A DNA stretch of 64,000 nt from assembly GCA_025594325.1 (NCBI GenBank), contig JANHCV010000001.1:930001-994000 (forward strand), written 5' to 3'. The stretch's first letter is position 1, and each line of letters begins with the position of its first letter. The position numbers and the translations under genes are program-made. Shown one piece after another: positions 12,292 to 23,868 of this stretch. The notes under the pieces are model-generated. The model was not told the DNA's origin and ran no database searches. It saw nothing but the letters and a program-made list of their open reading frames with translations. This stretch comes from Blastocladiella emersonii ATCC 22665. Taxonomy: Eukaryota > Fungi > Blastocladiomycota.

Positions 12292-14971
12292 CACCTACTT
12301 CCCGACGTGGGAGGGCCTGTTCTGGGAGAAGGCGTCGGGCTTCGAGGAGTCGATGAAGTTCAAGAAGCTCACCAACGCGCAGCGGTCCGGTCTCAACCAG
12401 ATCCCGAACCGTCGCTTCACGCTGTGGTGGTCGCCCACCATCAACCGCGCCAACGTCTACGTCGGGTTCCAGGTCCAGCTCGACCTCACGGGCATCTTCA
12501 TGCACGGCAAGATCCCGACCCTCAAGATCTCGCTCATCCAGATCTTCCGCGCCCATCTCTGGCAGAAGATTCACGAGTCCGTGACCATGGATCTGTACGT
12601 GTTTCGCTCGCTTGCTCGCCTCGCTGCTCGTCGCCGCCGCCGACCCACTCCCCCGCTCGCGCCGATGCTGACTCGCGCCATCGCTCCCGTGTGTAGGTGC
12701 CAGGTGTTCGACCAGGAGCTCCACGCGCTCGAGATCGATACGGTGCAGAAGGAGACGATCCACCCGCGAAAGTCGTACAAGATGAACTCGTCGTGCGCCG
12801 ACATCCTGCTGTTTGCGGCGTTCAAGTGGGCCGTGTCCAAGCCGTCGCTGCTGTCCGACACCAAGGACGCGTTCGACGCGGGCCAGACGCAAAAGTACTG
12901 GGTCGACATCCAGCTCCGCTGGGGCGACTTCGACTCGCACGACATCGAGCGGTACACGCGCGCCAAGTTCCTCGACTACACGACCGACAACATGTCCATC
13001 TACCCGTCGCCGACGGGGCTCATGATCGGCATCGACCTCGCCTACAACCTGCACTCGGCGTTCGGCAACTGGTTCCCCGGCATGAAGCCGCTGGTGCAGC
13101 AGGCCATGGCCAAGATCATGAAGGCCAACCCGGCGCTGTACGTGCTGCGCGAGCGCATCCGCAAGGGCCTGCAGCTGTACTCGTCGGAGCCGACCGAGCC
13201 GTACCTCAACTCGCAGAACTACTCGGAGCTGTTCTCGAACCAGATCATCTGGTTCGTCGACGACACCAACGTGTACCGCGTCACGATCCACAAGACGTTC
13301 GAGGGCAACACCAGCACCAAGCCCATCAACGGCGCCATCTTCATCTTCAACCCGCGCACGGGACAGCTGTTCCTCAAGATCATCCACACGTCCGTGTGGG
13401 CCGGGCAGAAGCGGCTCAGCCAGCTCGCCAAGTGGAAGACGGCCGAGGAGGTGGCGGCGCTGATCCGGTCGCTGCCCGTCGAGGAGCAGCCCAAGCAGAT
13501 CATCGTGACGCGCAAGGGCATGCTCGACCCGCTCGAGGTGCACCTGCTCGACTTCCCCAACATCCTGATCCGCGGGTCCGAGATGCAGCTCCCGTTCCAG
13601 GCGTGCCTCAAGATCGAGAAGCTCGGCGACCTGATCCTCAAGGCGACCAAGCCGCAGATGTACCTGTTCAACCTGTTCGACGACTGGCTGCGCACCATCT
13701 CGTCGTACACGGCGTTTGCGCGCCTTGTGCTCATCATGCGCGCGCTGCACGTCAACAACGACAAGGCCAAGGTGATCCTGCGCCCCGACAAGTCGGTCGT
13801 CACGGAGCCGCACCACATCTGGCCCACGCTCACGGACCAGGAGTGGGTCAAGATCGAGTTCGAGCTCAAGGACCTGATCCTGACCGACTACGGCAAGAAG
13901 AACAACGTCAACGTGGCGTCGCTCACGCAGTCCGAGATGCGCGACATTGTGCTCGGCATGGAGATCGCGGCTCCGTCGATGCAGCGGCAGCAGATGGCCG
14001 AGCTCGACAAGCAGGCGCAGAACCAGTCGCAACTCACGGCGCTCACGACCAAGACGACCAACGTGCACGGCGACGAGATCATCGTGACCACCACGACCAA
14101 CTTCGAGTCGGCCACGTTCGCGTCCAAGACGGACTGGCGCGTGCGCGCCGTGTCGTCGACCAACCTGTTCCTGCGCACGCAGCACATCTACGTCGACTCG
14201 GACGACATCAAGGAGTCGGGGTTCACGTACGTGCTGCCCAAGAACCTGCTCAAGCGGTTCATCACCATCGCCGACCTCCGGGTGCAGATCATGGGGTACA
14301 TGTACGGCGTCAGCCCGCCCGACAACCCGTACGTCAAGGAGATCCGCGCCATCGTGCTGGTGCCGCAGTGGGGCACGCCGCAGGGCGTCAAGGTGCCCAA
14401 GCAGCACCCGGAGCACAAGCACCTCGAGGGGCTCGAGCCGCTCGGGTGGATCCACACGCAGCCCATGGAGCTCAAGCACATGGCGCCGCTCGACGCGATC
14501 CAGCACGCCGGGTTCCTCCAGGACAACAAGGCGTGGGACGGCGACCGCGCCATCTCGATCGCGTGCGCCTTCACGCCGGGGTCGTGCTCGCTGTCGGCGT
14601 ACAAGCTGACGCCCGGCGGGTACGAGTGGGCGCGCAAGCAGACGCCCGAGGCCATCGCGAGCGGCAACGTGGTCGGGTACGCGGCCAACCACTACGAGCG
14701 CGTCCAGATGCTCCTGTCGGACACGTTCCTCGGCTTCTTCATGGTCCCCGACGACAAGTCGTGGAACTACAACTTCATGGGCTCGGCGCACCGCGACGAC
14801 ATGCGCTACGGCCTCGTCCTCGACGTGCCCAAGGAGTTCTACCACGAGGCCCACCGACCCGTCCACTTCCTCAACTTTGCCACCATGGAGGACGCGCTCC
14901 CGTCGGCGGCCGCGGCTGCGGGCGGTGGCGGCGCGGACGCGGGTGTCGATCGCGAGGACGCGTTCCAGTGA
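7472..14971 (+). CDS. PRP8: U5 snRNP core splicing factor Prp8; exons 7472-9438, 9524-11657, 11762-12594, 12697-14971 (2402 aa)
   Basis: Three GT-AG introns restore RQIRMCKDLKH, SRFPPVVFYTPKE and [11 protein letters not shown]. The spliced length is 7209 nt, divisible by 3. Also present: [11 protein letters not shown], the RNaseH-like region ([10 protein letters not shown]) and the Jab1/MPN region (GWIHTQP). Confidence 0.98.
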
Positions 14972-15120
14972 GAGAGAGATGACGAGTTTTGTACGATTGA
15001 ATGAACGAGTTTTGACGATGATCATCGCGACTTGGAGGAGCAACTGTGAAAGGTATATCAGGTTCAATTCTACACACGGCCATCACGACTGTACAGCGAC
15101 ACTTATCCCGCGCGCGCGGC

Positions 15121-17557
15121 TCACGGCAGCGTCGACCAGTTGAGGTACCGGCACGCGTAGCAGTCGACGGGTCCGGTGGACCGGTAGAAGAGCGACGCGC
15201 CGATATACCCCGCGGCCACGACCGCGACCAGCGCGACCACGCGCACGAGCAGGCCAGCGATCCGGCGCCGCTGCGAGAGCGCTGTCGCCGACGGCAAGAC
15301 CACGAGGACCGGTCCATCAGCATCGGCGTCGCCGTCGAACCGCGGCGTGGGTAGCACGAGCACGACGCGCGGCCGGATCGCGACCGCGACGAGGATCCCG
15401 GCGGCCCACCCGGCGACGTGCACGATGTTGTCGACGAACGGGAGCACCCAGCCGATGGCCAGCGCGAGCGCGGTGCCGAGGACCCACTTGAGCAGGTCCA
15501 GGAACGGGTGGACGAGGACCGGCCAGTGCACGAGGTGGTCGACGAAGAGCGCGCCGAGCAGGCCGTACGCGCTCCCGTTGGCGCCCGTTTCGACTAGACG
15601 AGGCGGCGGCGGGCGGTGAGTGTGCGAGGTCGCGCGGGGGAGAGAGTGCGCCGAAACGTACGTTGGCCGGGACGGAGCAGGCCCGAGGCGAGGAAGCCCG
15701 CGGCGCCCGTGACGAGGTAGATGGCCAGCGTGCGACGGAGACCGAAGCTCTTTTCGAGCGGCGACCCTACACCCGAGGAACGACGATGTCAGCCCGACCC
15801 ACTCACCACCACGAGTTCTCATCGCGTACCGAGCCGCAACGACAACGCCGTCGTGAACAGAAACTGAATGAACCCGCGCGGTACAAACGACGCCGTGATC
15901 CACCGCCACCACTGCGCGTGCATCCCGCCCATGCCGCACACGGCGAGGACGCGGTCGGGCGGGACGCGCGCCGACGGCCGCATGCAGTCGACGTACCGTG
16001 CGCCCCAGTGGACGAGCGCCGTCTGGTTGGGCCCGAGCCACGGGTTCTGCGTCAGCGGCTCCATGCCGCCCTCGAGCACGATGCACAGCATGAGCACGGC
16101 GAAGCTCGCCGTCACGAAAAACACCATGCCAAGCGCTGGCCGCGCCGGGCGGCCGGGGAGCGCCCACTGCGCGCCGGCGGGTGGTGGCTGTAAGGTGGTG
16201 CTGCAGTCGGCGTCGGCCGAGCTCGCTGTCGACGAGGACGACGCGCGGCGCGTGCGCAGGATCCGGGCCCCGCCGCCGTGCGGCCCGCCAGTCAGGGGCT
16301 TGCGGCGCAGCTTGCGCGGTTTCTCGGCCGTGGACTTCGGGGCGCCGGGTTTGGCCGAGTCCGGGATCCCGACGAGCGTGCTGTCGGACCGCGGGAGCGC
16401 GGACGGGTCCTTGGGCGCAACCGCTGCCGTCCGAGCCGGGAGCTGTGGTGGCGGTGAGACCGAGTGCGGAACCGCCGGCGCCGTAGCCCCACGCTCGCCA
16501 CGGAGCTCGACGTAGAACGGGAACTGCGAGTCGGCGCGCCTCGCCGCAGGCATCGACGCGGGCGGGACGGCTTGGATGGGCACACCGAGCGACGGCGACC
16601 CGCGGACCTCGGGCAGCCCGGGCGTCACGCACCGGCTCGAGATGATGAGGACGGGCGAGTGCGGGCGCGTCGGATCCATGGCGACCGTGTGCCGCGCGGG
16701 AGGAGAGTGCGGGCTGCTGGTGCCACGGATGTGCGGTAGCGAGTGGGCGGGCGGCGAGCCGGGCGTGGGCGAGCGCGCGGTGCTCGTGGACGCGGCGCGC
16801 GCGTGGTGCAGGCCGAGCACGCTCGGGCGCGGTTCGGGCGACGAGGTGCGTAGCGACGAGGTGCGATTCGGGACCGAGGGCGGGCGGTCGGGCAGCGCGG
16901 CGACGGGCGCGGGCGGGTGCGCGTCCTGGCTTGAGGAGCCGCCGCCGTCCTCGTTGATGGCCTGTAGCGCGAACAGCGAGGCGCTTCGGCGGAGGTTGAC
17001 GTTGGACTGTGGCGACGAGGCCGAGGCAACGCGCAGCGAGGCGGCGTATGTGGGAGGTGGTGGGAGCGGCGGAGGCTGTTGCTGCTGGCTTGTCCGAGAG
17101 CGCGATGAGGCCTGCGACTGGCGCTGCTGCTGGCGGAGCATGGCGTTCTCGTAGTCTTCGAGTTCCATGGCCGTCTCGAGCGTCTAGTCGGGACACAGGT
17201 TAGCTGTCATCGACGTCGGAAACGGGTCTCAAGTACCTTAACGAGCTGCGAGACGTTGACGACGAGCTCGTCGCGCTGGCGCATGCCGACGCCCGCGGGG
17301 AACAGCAGGTGGTCGATCTCGACCTGCGACATGGGGAACAGGCCCGCCGCATTCCCGCGACCCGAGGATCCGTCGCGGAGCTCTCCCAAACAACCGATGA
17401 GGAACGGGATGATGTCGCGGTACGGCAGCGATTCGGCGAGCGACTCGGTGTCGCGGCCGCCCGCCTGCTTCCGTTCGACGAGGCTCGCGGCGCGGACGGC
17501 GAGCGCCGAGCGGATGACGGCCTCGATCTTGGCGCGGTCGCGCGGAAGAGAATCCAT
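15121..17557 (-). CDS. Rhomboid-family pseudoprotease with N-terminal EF-hand-like lobe; exons 17557-17237, 17183-15830, 15766-15662, 15593-15121 (750 aa)
   Basis: Introns at 17236-17184 (GTACTT..GCTAAC..CTAG), 15829-15767 and 15661-15594 give a spliced length of 2253 nt, divisible by 3. Rhomboid motifs: NPWLGP, WGARYVDCM, QWWRWITASF, LEKSFG, GANGS (for GASG), DNIVHVAG. Confidence 0.82.
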
Positions 17558-18034
17558 TTCAGGGTAGTGTTAGTGTTCGTCTAGTGGTCGGGTATCCGTT
17601 GCAGTGCGGGAGCGGAGGGGTATTCGCGCAGGGTATTCCGAGCAGCGGGCGGGTTCAGCGGCTAGGTTGCATCGCAGGAAAATGGAGCCAATGCATCGTG
17701 TCTCCGACCCGGGGTCGTATCGTGAGACGCCGCTGGAGACGCGAGGGAAAGCAGGCCGGCCGGCGAGGGAGACGCGTCGCGTCGCGTCGCGTGGGTGCGA
17801 GGCATCACGTGTAGCGGTGGTGGCCGGGTCTCAAGCTGTGGCGCAGCGCCTGCCGTCGTGATTGGCTCTCCCTCCTCCCGCCGCAAAAATGCGGACTCAG
17901 GGACAACGCATCATGAAACCAGGGCGATCCCTGCGTGAGCGTGCTGCTGCGGTCGGTGGCGCTCGCCCAAGGGACCCGCTCGGGCTCTCTCTCCCCGCGG
18001 GGGACCCGACCAACTTCATAGACCAGACTAGACC

Positions 18035-19485
18035 ATGCGTCCGATCCTCGCAACCCTCCTCGTCGCCCTCGCCCTGCTGGCGTCCGAGGCGTCCGCGCAG
18101 TGCGCCTCGCGCCGCGTGCGCAAGGAGTTCTCGGACCTGACGCCCGCCGAGGCCAAGGCCTTCGTCGACGGGATGAAGAAGATCTACACCACCTCCGCCA
18201 TCAACAAGTATGTCGACATGCATGTCCAGAACAACCTCAACGCCCACAACTCGCCGCAGTTCCTGCCGTGGCATCGCTACATGGTCCACATGTTCGAGAC
18301 CGAGCTGCTGGCCGCGGCCCCCGGCGTACGTTTGCTTCGAGCCGCCTCTCCACACGGCGGCCCGCGTGCTGATCCGCGCCCTCTACCCCTCGTCTAGCTC
18401 TCGGGCCTGCCGTACTGGGAGGCGTCGTACAACGCGCGCAACCCCGGCTCCGCGTTCGTGTTCCGCGAGGACATTCTGGGCACCGCGAGCCCGAACGGCG
18501 GGTGCCTCGCCGCGCCCTTCTCCGAGCTGCGCGACGCCAACGGCAAGTGCATTGTGCGCCGCGCCCAGCAGGGCTTCACGCTGCACTCGCCCGAGATTGT
18601 CGCCGGGATCATCGGTGGCAGCTCCGACTACTACGCCTTCGAGCGCGCTATCGAGTACGGCCAGCACTCATCGGTTCACAACTTTATCTCGGGCAACATG
18701 GGCAACGTCGCCTTCAGTCCGACCGACCCGGCCTTTTGGGCAAACCATTGCGGCGGTACGCGTCGCTGCTGATGATCCGACGTTCGCCTACCGAACTGAC
18801 CCACGTCGTCGTCCGTAGTCGACCGCGCGTGGGCCGCGTGGCAGGACGTGGGCGACAACTACGCCAAGTACGGCGGGACGTGGAACGGCCGCGAGGCGTC
18901 CACGTCCGACACGTTCCAGGGCAAGACCATGGCCCAGCTCATCGACTACAAGAACAACCTCTGCTACGAGTACCAGCCGCCGCGCAACGCCGTCGCCGGC
19001 CGCGTCCCGTTCCCGCTCGGTGGCGCCTCCGCGACCACCTCGGCCACTGCCACGGCGACCTCGACCTCGGCTACCGCTGCGCCCACGGCGACGCCGATTG
19101 CTGGTAACATCACGGTTCCGTCGACCCTGGTACGATTCCTCCCACTTCTCAGAGCGTTTCATACGTGTGCTAACCCGTCACCGCTCGTCGCGAACAGACC
19201 GACGACTTCATCAAGCAGTTCAACCTCGACGGCGCCCAGGCCGCGCGCGCGCACGAGCTCGTCGTCTTCATGGTCAGCCGCCTCAACGAGCGCATCGCGC
19301 GCGGCGAGAAGGTCCCCACCCTGACCGACCTCGCCAGCCTGACCGGTACCAAGCCGTCCGGCTCCAGCTCGGGTTCCTCGGCCGCGACGCCGACGCCCTC
19401 GCTCTCGGCCGCCGCCGCGCCCGTGGCCGGCACCCTCGCTGGTGTTGCCGCCGCCGCCCTCAGTGTCCTGTTCGGCATGGCATAA
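18035..19485 (+). CDS. Secreted, probably GPI-anchored tyrosinase-like type-3 copper protein; exons 18035-18325, 18398-18755, 18819-19129, 19198-19485
   Basis: Signal peptide MRPILATLLVALALLASEASA. CuA His set (DMH..AH..FLPWHR) and CuB His set (HSSVH..DPAFWANH), plus GLPYWE and VDRAWAAWQ after splicing. Ser/Thr stalk and hydrophobic C-terminus. Confidence 0.88.
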
Positions 19486-19958
19486 GCGTGTTTGCTCGCC
19501 ATCCCTTGTCTCCATTCCTAGATACACGATCGGCTTCACTCGAAGCACTAGACACTCCCAATCCTGCACGCATGGAGCGTGAGCACGCCGCGCGCGAGTC
19601 GCGGCAGGGCTGCCGGCGTGATGGAAACGTGGCGGCGCAGTGGCGCCGTTCGCGCCTCAGTGTGGCACCTCCACGGCTCGGGCCGTGGTTCGGCGCCCGC
19701 AACGTTTTCGTCTGCGTCCAATCGTCAGCTTTGCCTCGGAGCGCACGTTTCAGCTCAAGCTCGCGTGTGCTTGTGTTCCTCCACGTTTCGGCTCCTGCCG
19801 GGCGAGAACAAGACGCTCGCCGTCGCCCTCGCCGTCCGAGAGGGACCATTCAAAAGGCGCGCGATCCCCGCATGTCCCTCTCGCTCTGCTCCCTCCCCGC
19901 CGCGCGCCGCCGATCCCTTAGACCCTTTAGAGCTAGACGACGACGCACCGCGCCTCGG

Positions 19959-19985
19959 CACCACCACCACCACCACCACCACCAC
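19959..19985 (+). repeat. (CAC)9 microsatellite ending 1 nt before the nucleotidase ATG
   Basis: Seen directly in the sequence: gg-cac x9-c-ATG. Confidence 0.9.
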
Positions 19986-19986
19986 C

Positions 19987-22175
19987 ATGAAGACGACTAG
20001 CATTCTTGCGCTCCTTGCGCTGATCGCCGCCACGGCGTCGGCCGCGCCCGCGCCCACGGGCTACGGCACCAAACCCAAGTGTCGCCCGCACCACACCAAG
20101 GACGCGACCGCGGTCCCCGCCGGCACCCACGCCGTCGAGCACCCGGCGTACGGCTACAACCCCGAGTACAAGCCCAACCGCCCCGCCTACCCGTGGTACG
20201 TGTTGCGGACGCGTCGCGCGACGGCGCTGGCCGTGATCACCGATCTGATCAGCTCGCTGATCCTCTCGCTGCCGCCCGTTCGCGTCGTTCAGGGAGGACA
20301 AGGACAAGCCGTACATCCAGCCCGGCCACACCCCGACCACGCCCGCGATCCCGGCCCTGGCGTACGGCAAGAAGCCCGTCACCGGCGGCCCCTACACGCC
20401 CGGCGCGCCGTACACGGGCAAGCCCAACGAGCCGTACTGCCCCGGCAAGGGCGGTAACGGCGGTAACAACGGCGGCAAGAACGGCACCGACCCTGTCGTC
20501 CCGCCCAAGCCGCAGCCGCTGCCCAACGACAACAAGGCGTGGAACATGACCCTGATCCACACCAACGACATCCACGCGCACCTCGACCAGTTCAACAGCG
20601 GTGGTCTCGACTGCACCGACAAGAACATTGCCGAACACAAGTGCTACGGCGGCGCCGCGCGGATCCGTACCCTCGTCGACACGCTGCGCGCGACCAAGAA
20701 CAACACTTTCCTCGTCGACGCCGGCGACCAGTTCCAGGGCACGCTCTTCTACAACTACTACAAGGGCAACGTCACGGCCGACTTCATGAACTCGTACGTC
20801 GGCTTCTCTGATCGGATGGGATCGCTCGACTGGGCGAGCACGGCCACTGACACGCTTCTGATCCCACTTCTGTAGGCTCGGCTATGACGCCTTCGCCATC
20901 GGCAACCACGAGTTCGACGACGGACCGGAGCACCTCGGCAAGTTCCTGCGCAAGCTCAAGTTCCCTGCGCTCTCGTCCAACATGGATGTGACCGACGAGG
21001 CCTCGCTGCGCGACGTCGTTGCCCCCTACGCGATCCTGACCAAGTACGGCGCGCGCCTCGGTGTCGTCGGCTTCATCACGCAGACCACGCCCGACATTTC
21101 TAGCACCGGCAAGAAGGTCAAGTTCGCCGACCCCGCCGTGTCGGTCCAGAAGGCCATTGACGAGCTGCACAAGCTGGGCGTGCAGAAAGTGGTGGCCATT
21201 TCGCACAACGGGTACGAGGACGACATGCGCGTCGCCTCGCTCACGTCGGGCCTCTCGCTCATCGCTGGCGGCCACTCCCACACGCTTCTCAAGTCCAACC
21301 TGTCGGGCGCCAAGGGCCCGTACCCGACCGCCGTCAAGAACAAGGACGGCAAGCCGACGTACATTGTCCAGGCCAAGGCGTGGGGCGAGTGGGTCGGCGT
21401 GATTGACCTGTCGTGGAACGCCGAGTCCGAGCTCATCGCCGTCAACGGCGACCCGATCCAGCTCACTGACGCGATCCCGCAGCACAAGGCGACCCAGGAC
21501 CTGGTCCAGCAGTGGCGCCAGCCGTTCGACGCCCTCGCCAAGACCGTCATCGGGTCCAACCCCGAGACCATGGACCGCGGCGCGTGCTCGTCGGGCTCGT
21601 GCGCACTCGGCAACTTTGTCACGGACGCCCTGCGCGACGCGTACACGGGCAACCTCGGCCCCAACCGCCCCGTCATCGCCATGGTCAACACCGGTGGGCT
21701 CCGCGCCTCGCTTCCCGCCGGCGACATCACGATCGGCGGCGTCCTGACCGTCCTGCCCTTCACCAACTACCAGGTCGAGATCGAGGTCGACGGCCAGTTT
21801 GTCAAGGACACGCTCGAGAACGTGGCGTCGGACGTCAACCTCCAGAACGGCAAGAAGGTCACGTCGTTTGCCCAGTTCTCGGGTCTCCGCGCTACCCTCG
21901 ACATGAACCAGGCCGCCGGGTCCCGCGCCCTCAACATCGAGGTCCTCGGCGTCGACGGCAAGTACTCGCCCATCAACCTCAAGGAGAACTATGCGTTCGC
22001 GACGATAGATTTTATCGCCGTCGGCGGAGGTGATGCCCTGCTGCCCAAGACGTTCCCCGACGCCAAGCCGCGCATGAACCTGTCCGATCTGGTCATGGAG
22101 TACATCAAGAAGGCCAAGGCGATCGGTGCCTACAAGGACCGCCGCATCACGGTCATCCCCAAGAAGACCGCCTAA
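19987..22175 (+). CDS. Secreted 5'-nucleotidase/apyrase (CD73/UshA family) with Pro/Tyr/Lys-rich N-terminal arm; exons 19987-20195, 20293-20793, 20876-22175 (669 aa)
   Basis: Signal peptide MKTTSILALLALIAATASA. Metallophosphoesterase motifs HTNDIHAH, DAGDQFQG, GNHEFD, ISHNG and GGHSH. C-terminal domain motifs GNFVTDA, NTGGLR and VLPFTN. Spliced length is 2010 nt. Confidence 0.92.
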
Positions 22176-23175
22176 TCGGCACCCATTGCGTGTGGCGTGT
22201 ACTCGAAGAAGAAATGTATTCCCTTGCGCGCACTTTTTGTGCGCGCTTTCGACCTTCCTCGGACCGTGGTGGCGCAGCAGGTGAGTGACGTCAGTGTGGC
22301 GCAACGCGTCCTCGCTTCACCTCAAGCTTCGACATGCCGTCTCTCGTAGTGCGCGGTCAACCCCCCGAGACTGGCGCCCGAATGACGAAACACGCGCATG
22401 TATGAGGAGTGGGAGGATCTCGCGAAGCCAGCGTCAAGTTGTTTGTTCGCAGACCACGGATTTTCCAGCAACTTCGACCATGGCCACATACGCGGGTTCT
22501 CTGTGTGACATGAACCATGCGTAAGAGAATTTGAGATCGCCGAATCCAACGCTTCCGCTTTCTTTGGCGGTCGCGAACATTCACTACGTCGCCATCACCA
22601 CCTCGCTGTTGGTCAGCTTGCGGTGCGAGGAATGACGTTGCACGACCTCTGCCAGTGATGGTGCTGAAAATCAGCAGGGATGAACTTGACAAGGTAAGGA
22701 ATTGATGATGGCGCGTCAAGAGACTCCCGGGGCGTCGCTGGGCAGTTTTTCCCCCACGTCAAGCCCCGCTCGTTGACTGAAAGCAGGCAGCCGCGCAAGC
22801 GAATGCTCACTCTCTCGCACCGATGAGTGCACTCGCACAGACTTTATTCATCGTTCTCGAACGCAATACTGGATGCCCAACTTATGTGGGGCAATCATTC
22901 TGTGCCCAAGCTACGCTAAATGCCGTCGCTCTTTCTGCGACAAATTTCTGCACTGCCCTTGATGGCCGTGGCCTTGGACCTCCATCAAGCTGAACCAGAA
23001 CGGGTCCATGACCCCGACTTGAACTCGCCCTTCCCTAGGACACGTAGCTGCAGCCGTCCCTGAGGCTCGACGGGAACTTTGGGTCTCACACGCTCGCATC
23101 CTCCTCTGTGGCGTGTTGGGATCATCAAACCGGCTCACAGGTATCGCCAACGGCCTTGCTGCCGCCCGCCCGCTC

Positions 23176-23535
23176 ATGAAGTCCACATCTCTTGCTGCTG
23201 CCCGTCGACTTGAAAAGGCCACAGGAGTCCGCTACTACAAGACGAACCCGCGCAAGGTGTCGGTTCGGCCTTCCCCAACACCCGTCAGGTTTCTCCGCAC
23301 GGAGCTCTCGACCATGTTTGCTCGCATCGCTGAACTGATGGCACAAGTTGACTTGATGTAGGAAAGATGCGACGACCTGTGCGACTTGGGGATGGACCCA
23401 AGTTCCCCACCAACGCGTGATCAGATTGATGAACTTCGAAATGATCTCAATCAACTGCAACACGAGATATCTGAGTTGGGTGAGGTTTCGCGCGCTGTAG
23501 CGTGGAAAGCGTTGGACCTTTGGCAATGTAGCTGA
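23176..23535 (+). pseudogene. Possible coiled-coil gene remnant with an in-frame TAG
   Basis: The frame reads as amphipathic heptads on both sides of the TAG at 23359-23361 (ELSTMFARIAELMAQVDLM*ERC..IDELRNDLNQLQHEISEL). No family was recognised. Confidence 0.3.
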
Positions 23536-23868
23536 GTTTGGTTGCTTAATACGTCCGTTTGCACGCGGCTTGTTGAATAAGTGCTTGAGCGTCGATGAAC
23601 TTTGCAATTCTCTCGCGACATCAAGCTCGAGTCGTCGCGTCACCGCCTGCAAGAGTCGGGTGCCGTGTCTCGCGGTCGGGTACCATCGGAGACGCGTCGC
23701 AAAATCATCTGACCTAGAGAGCCGACCAATCAAAGCGGTCGGCTGGCGTGGCGTCGCGTTGGTCGCGTCTGCCAGCAGAGTTCCCCGTGGGGCCAACCTG
23801 AGGCAGCTTGGAACGCCTCCTCTCGCCCTCTCTCTCCCCGCACCGGGTACTTGAACGTTTCGTCAACC

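Noticed and set aside
12300-12360. PRP8 intein at the canonical fungal insertion site
   Set aside because: The sequence reads continuously [11 protein letters not shown], and the spliced protein is normal length (2402 aa). The site is empty.
11531-15067. Very long antisense/alternative-frame ORFs (for example 1178 aa opposite PRP8, and similar ones over SPF1, CFAP52 and the kinase)
   Set aside because: These are an expected by-product of extreme GC3 bias, which removes stops from shadow frames. The translations are Arg/Ala/Gly/Val-rich and have no motifs.
17207-17557. Stand-alone 116-aa gene or uORF
   Set aside because: It is better explained as exon 1 of the rhomboid gene (phase-0 donor, branch point and acceptor all present).
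22703-22780. Possible box C/D snoRNA (TGATGA...CTGA, 78 nt)
   Set aside because: There is no terminal stem, no clear C'/D' boxes and no rRNA-complementary guide that I could recognise.
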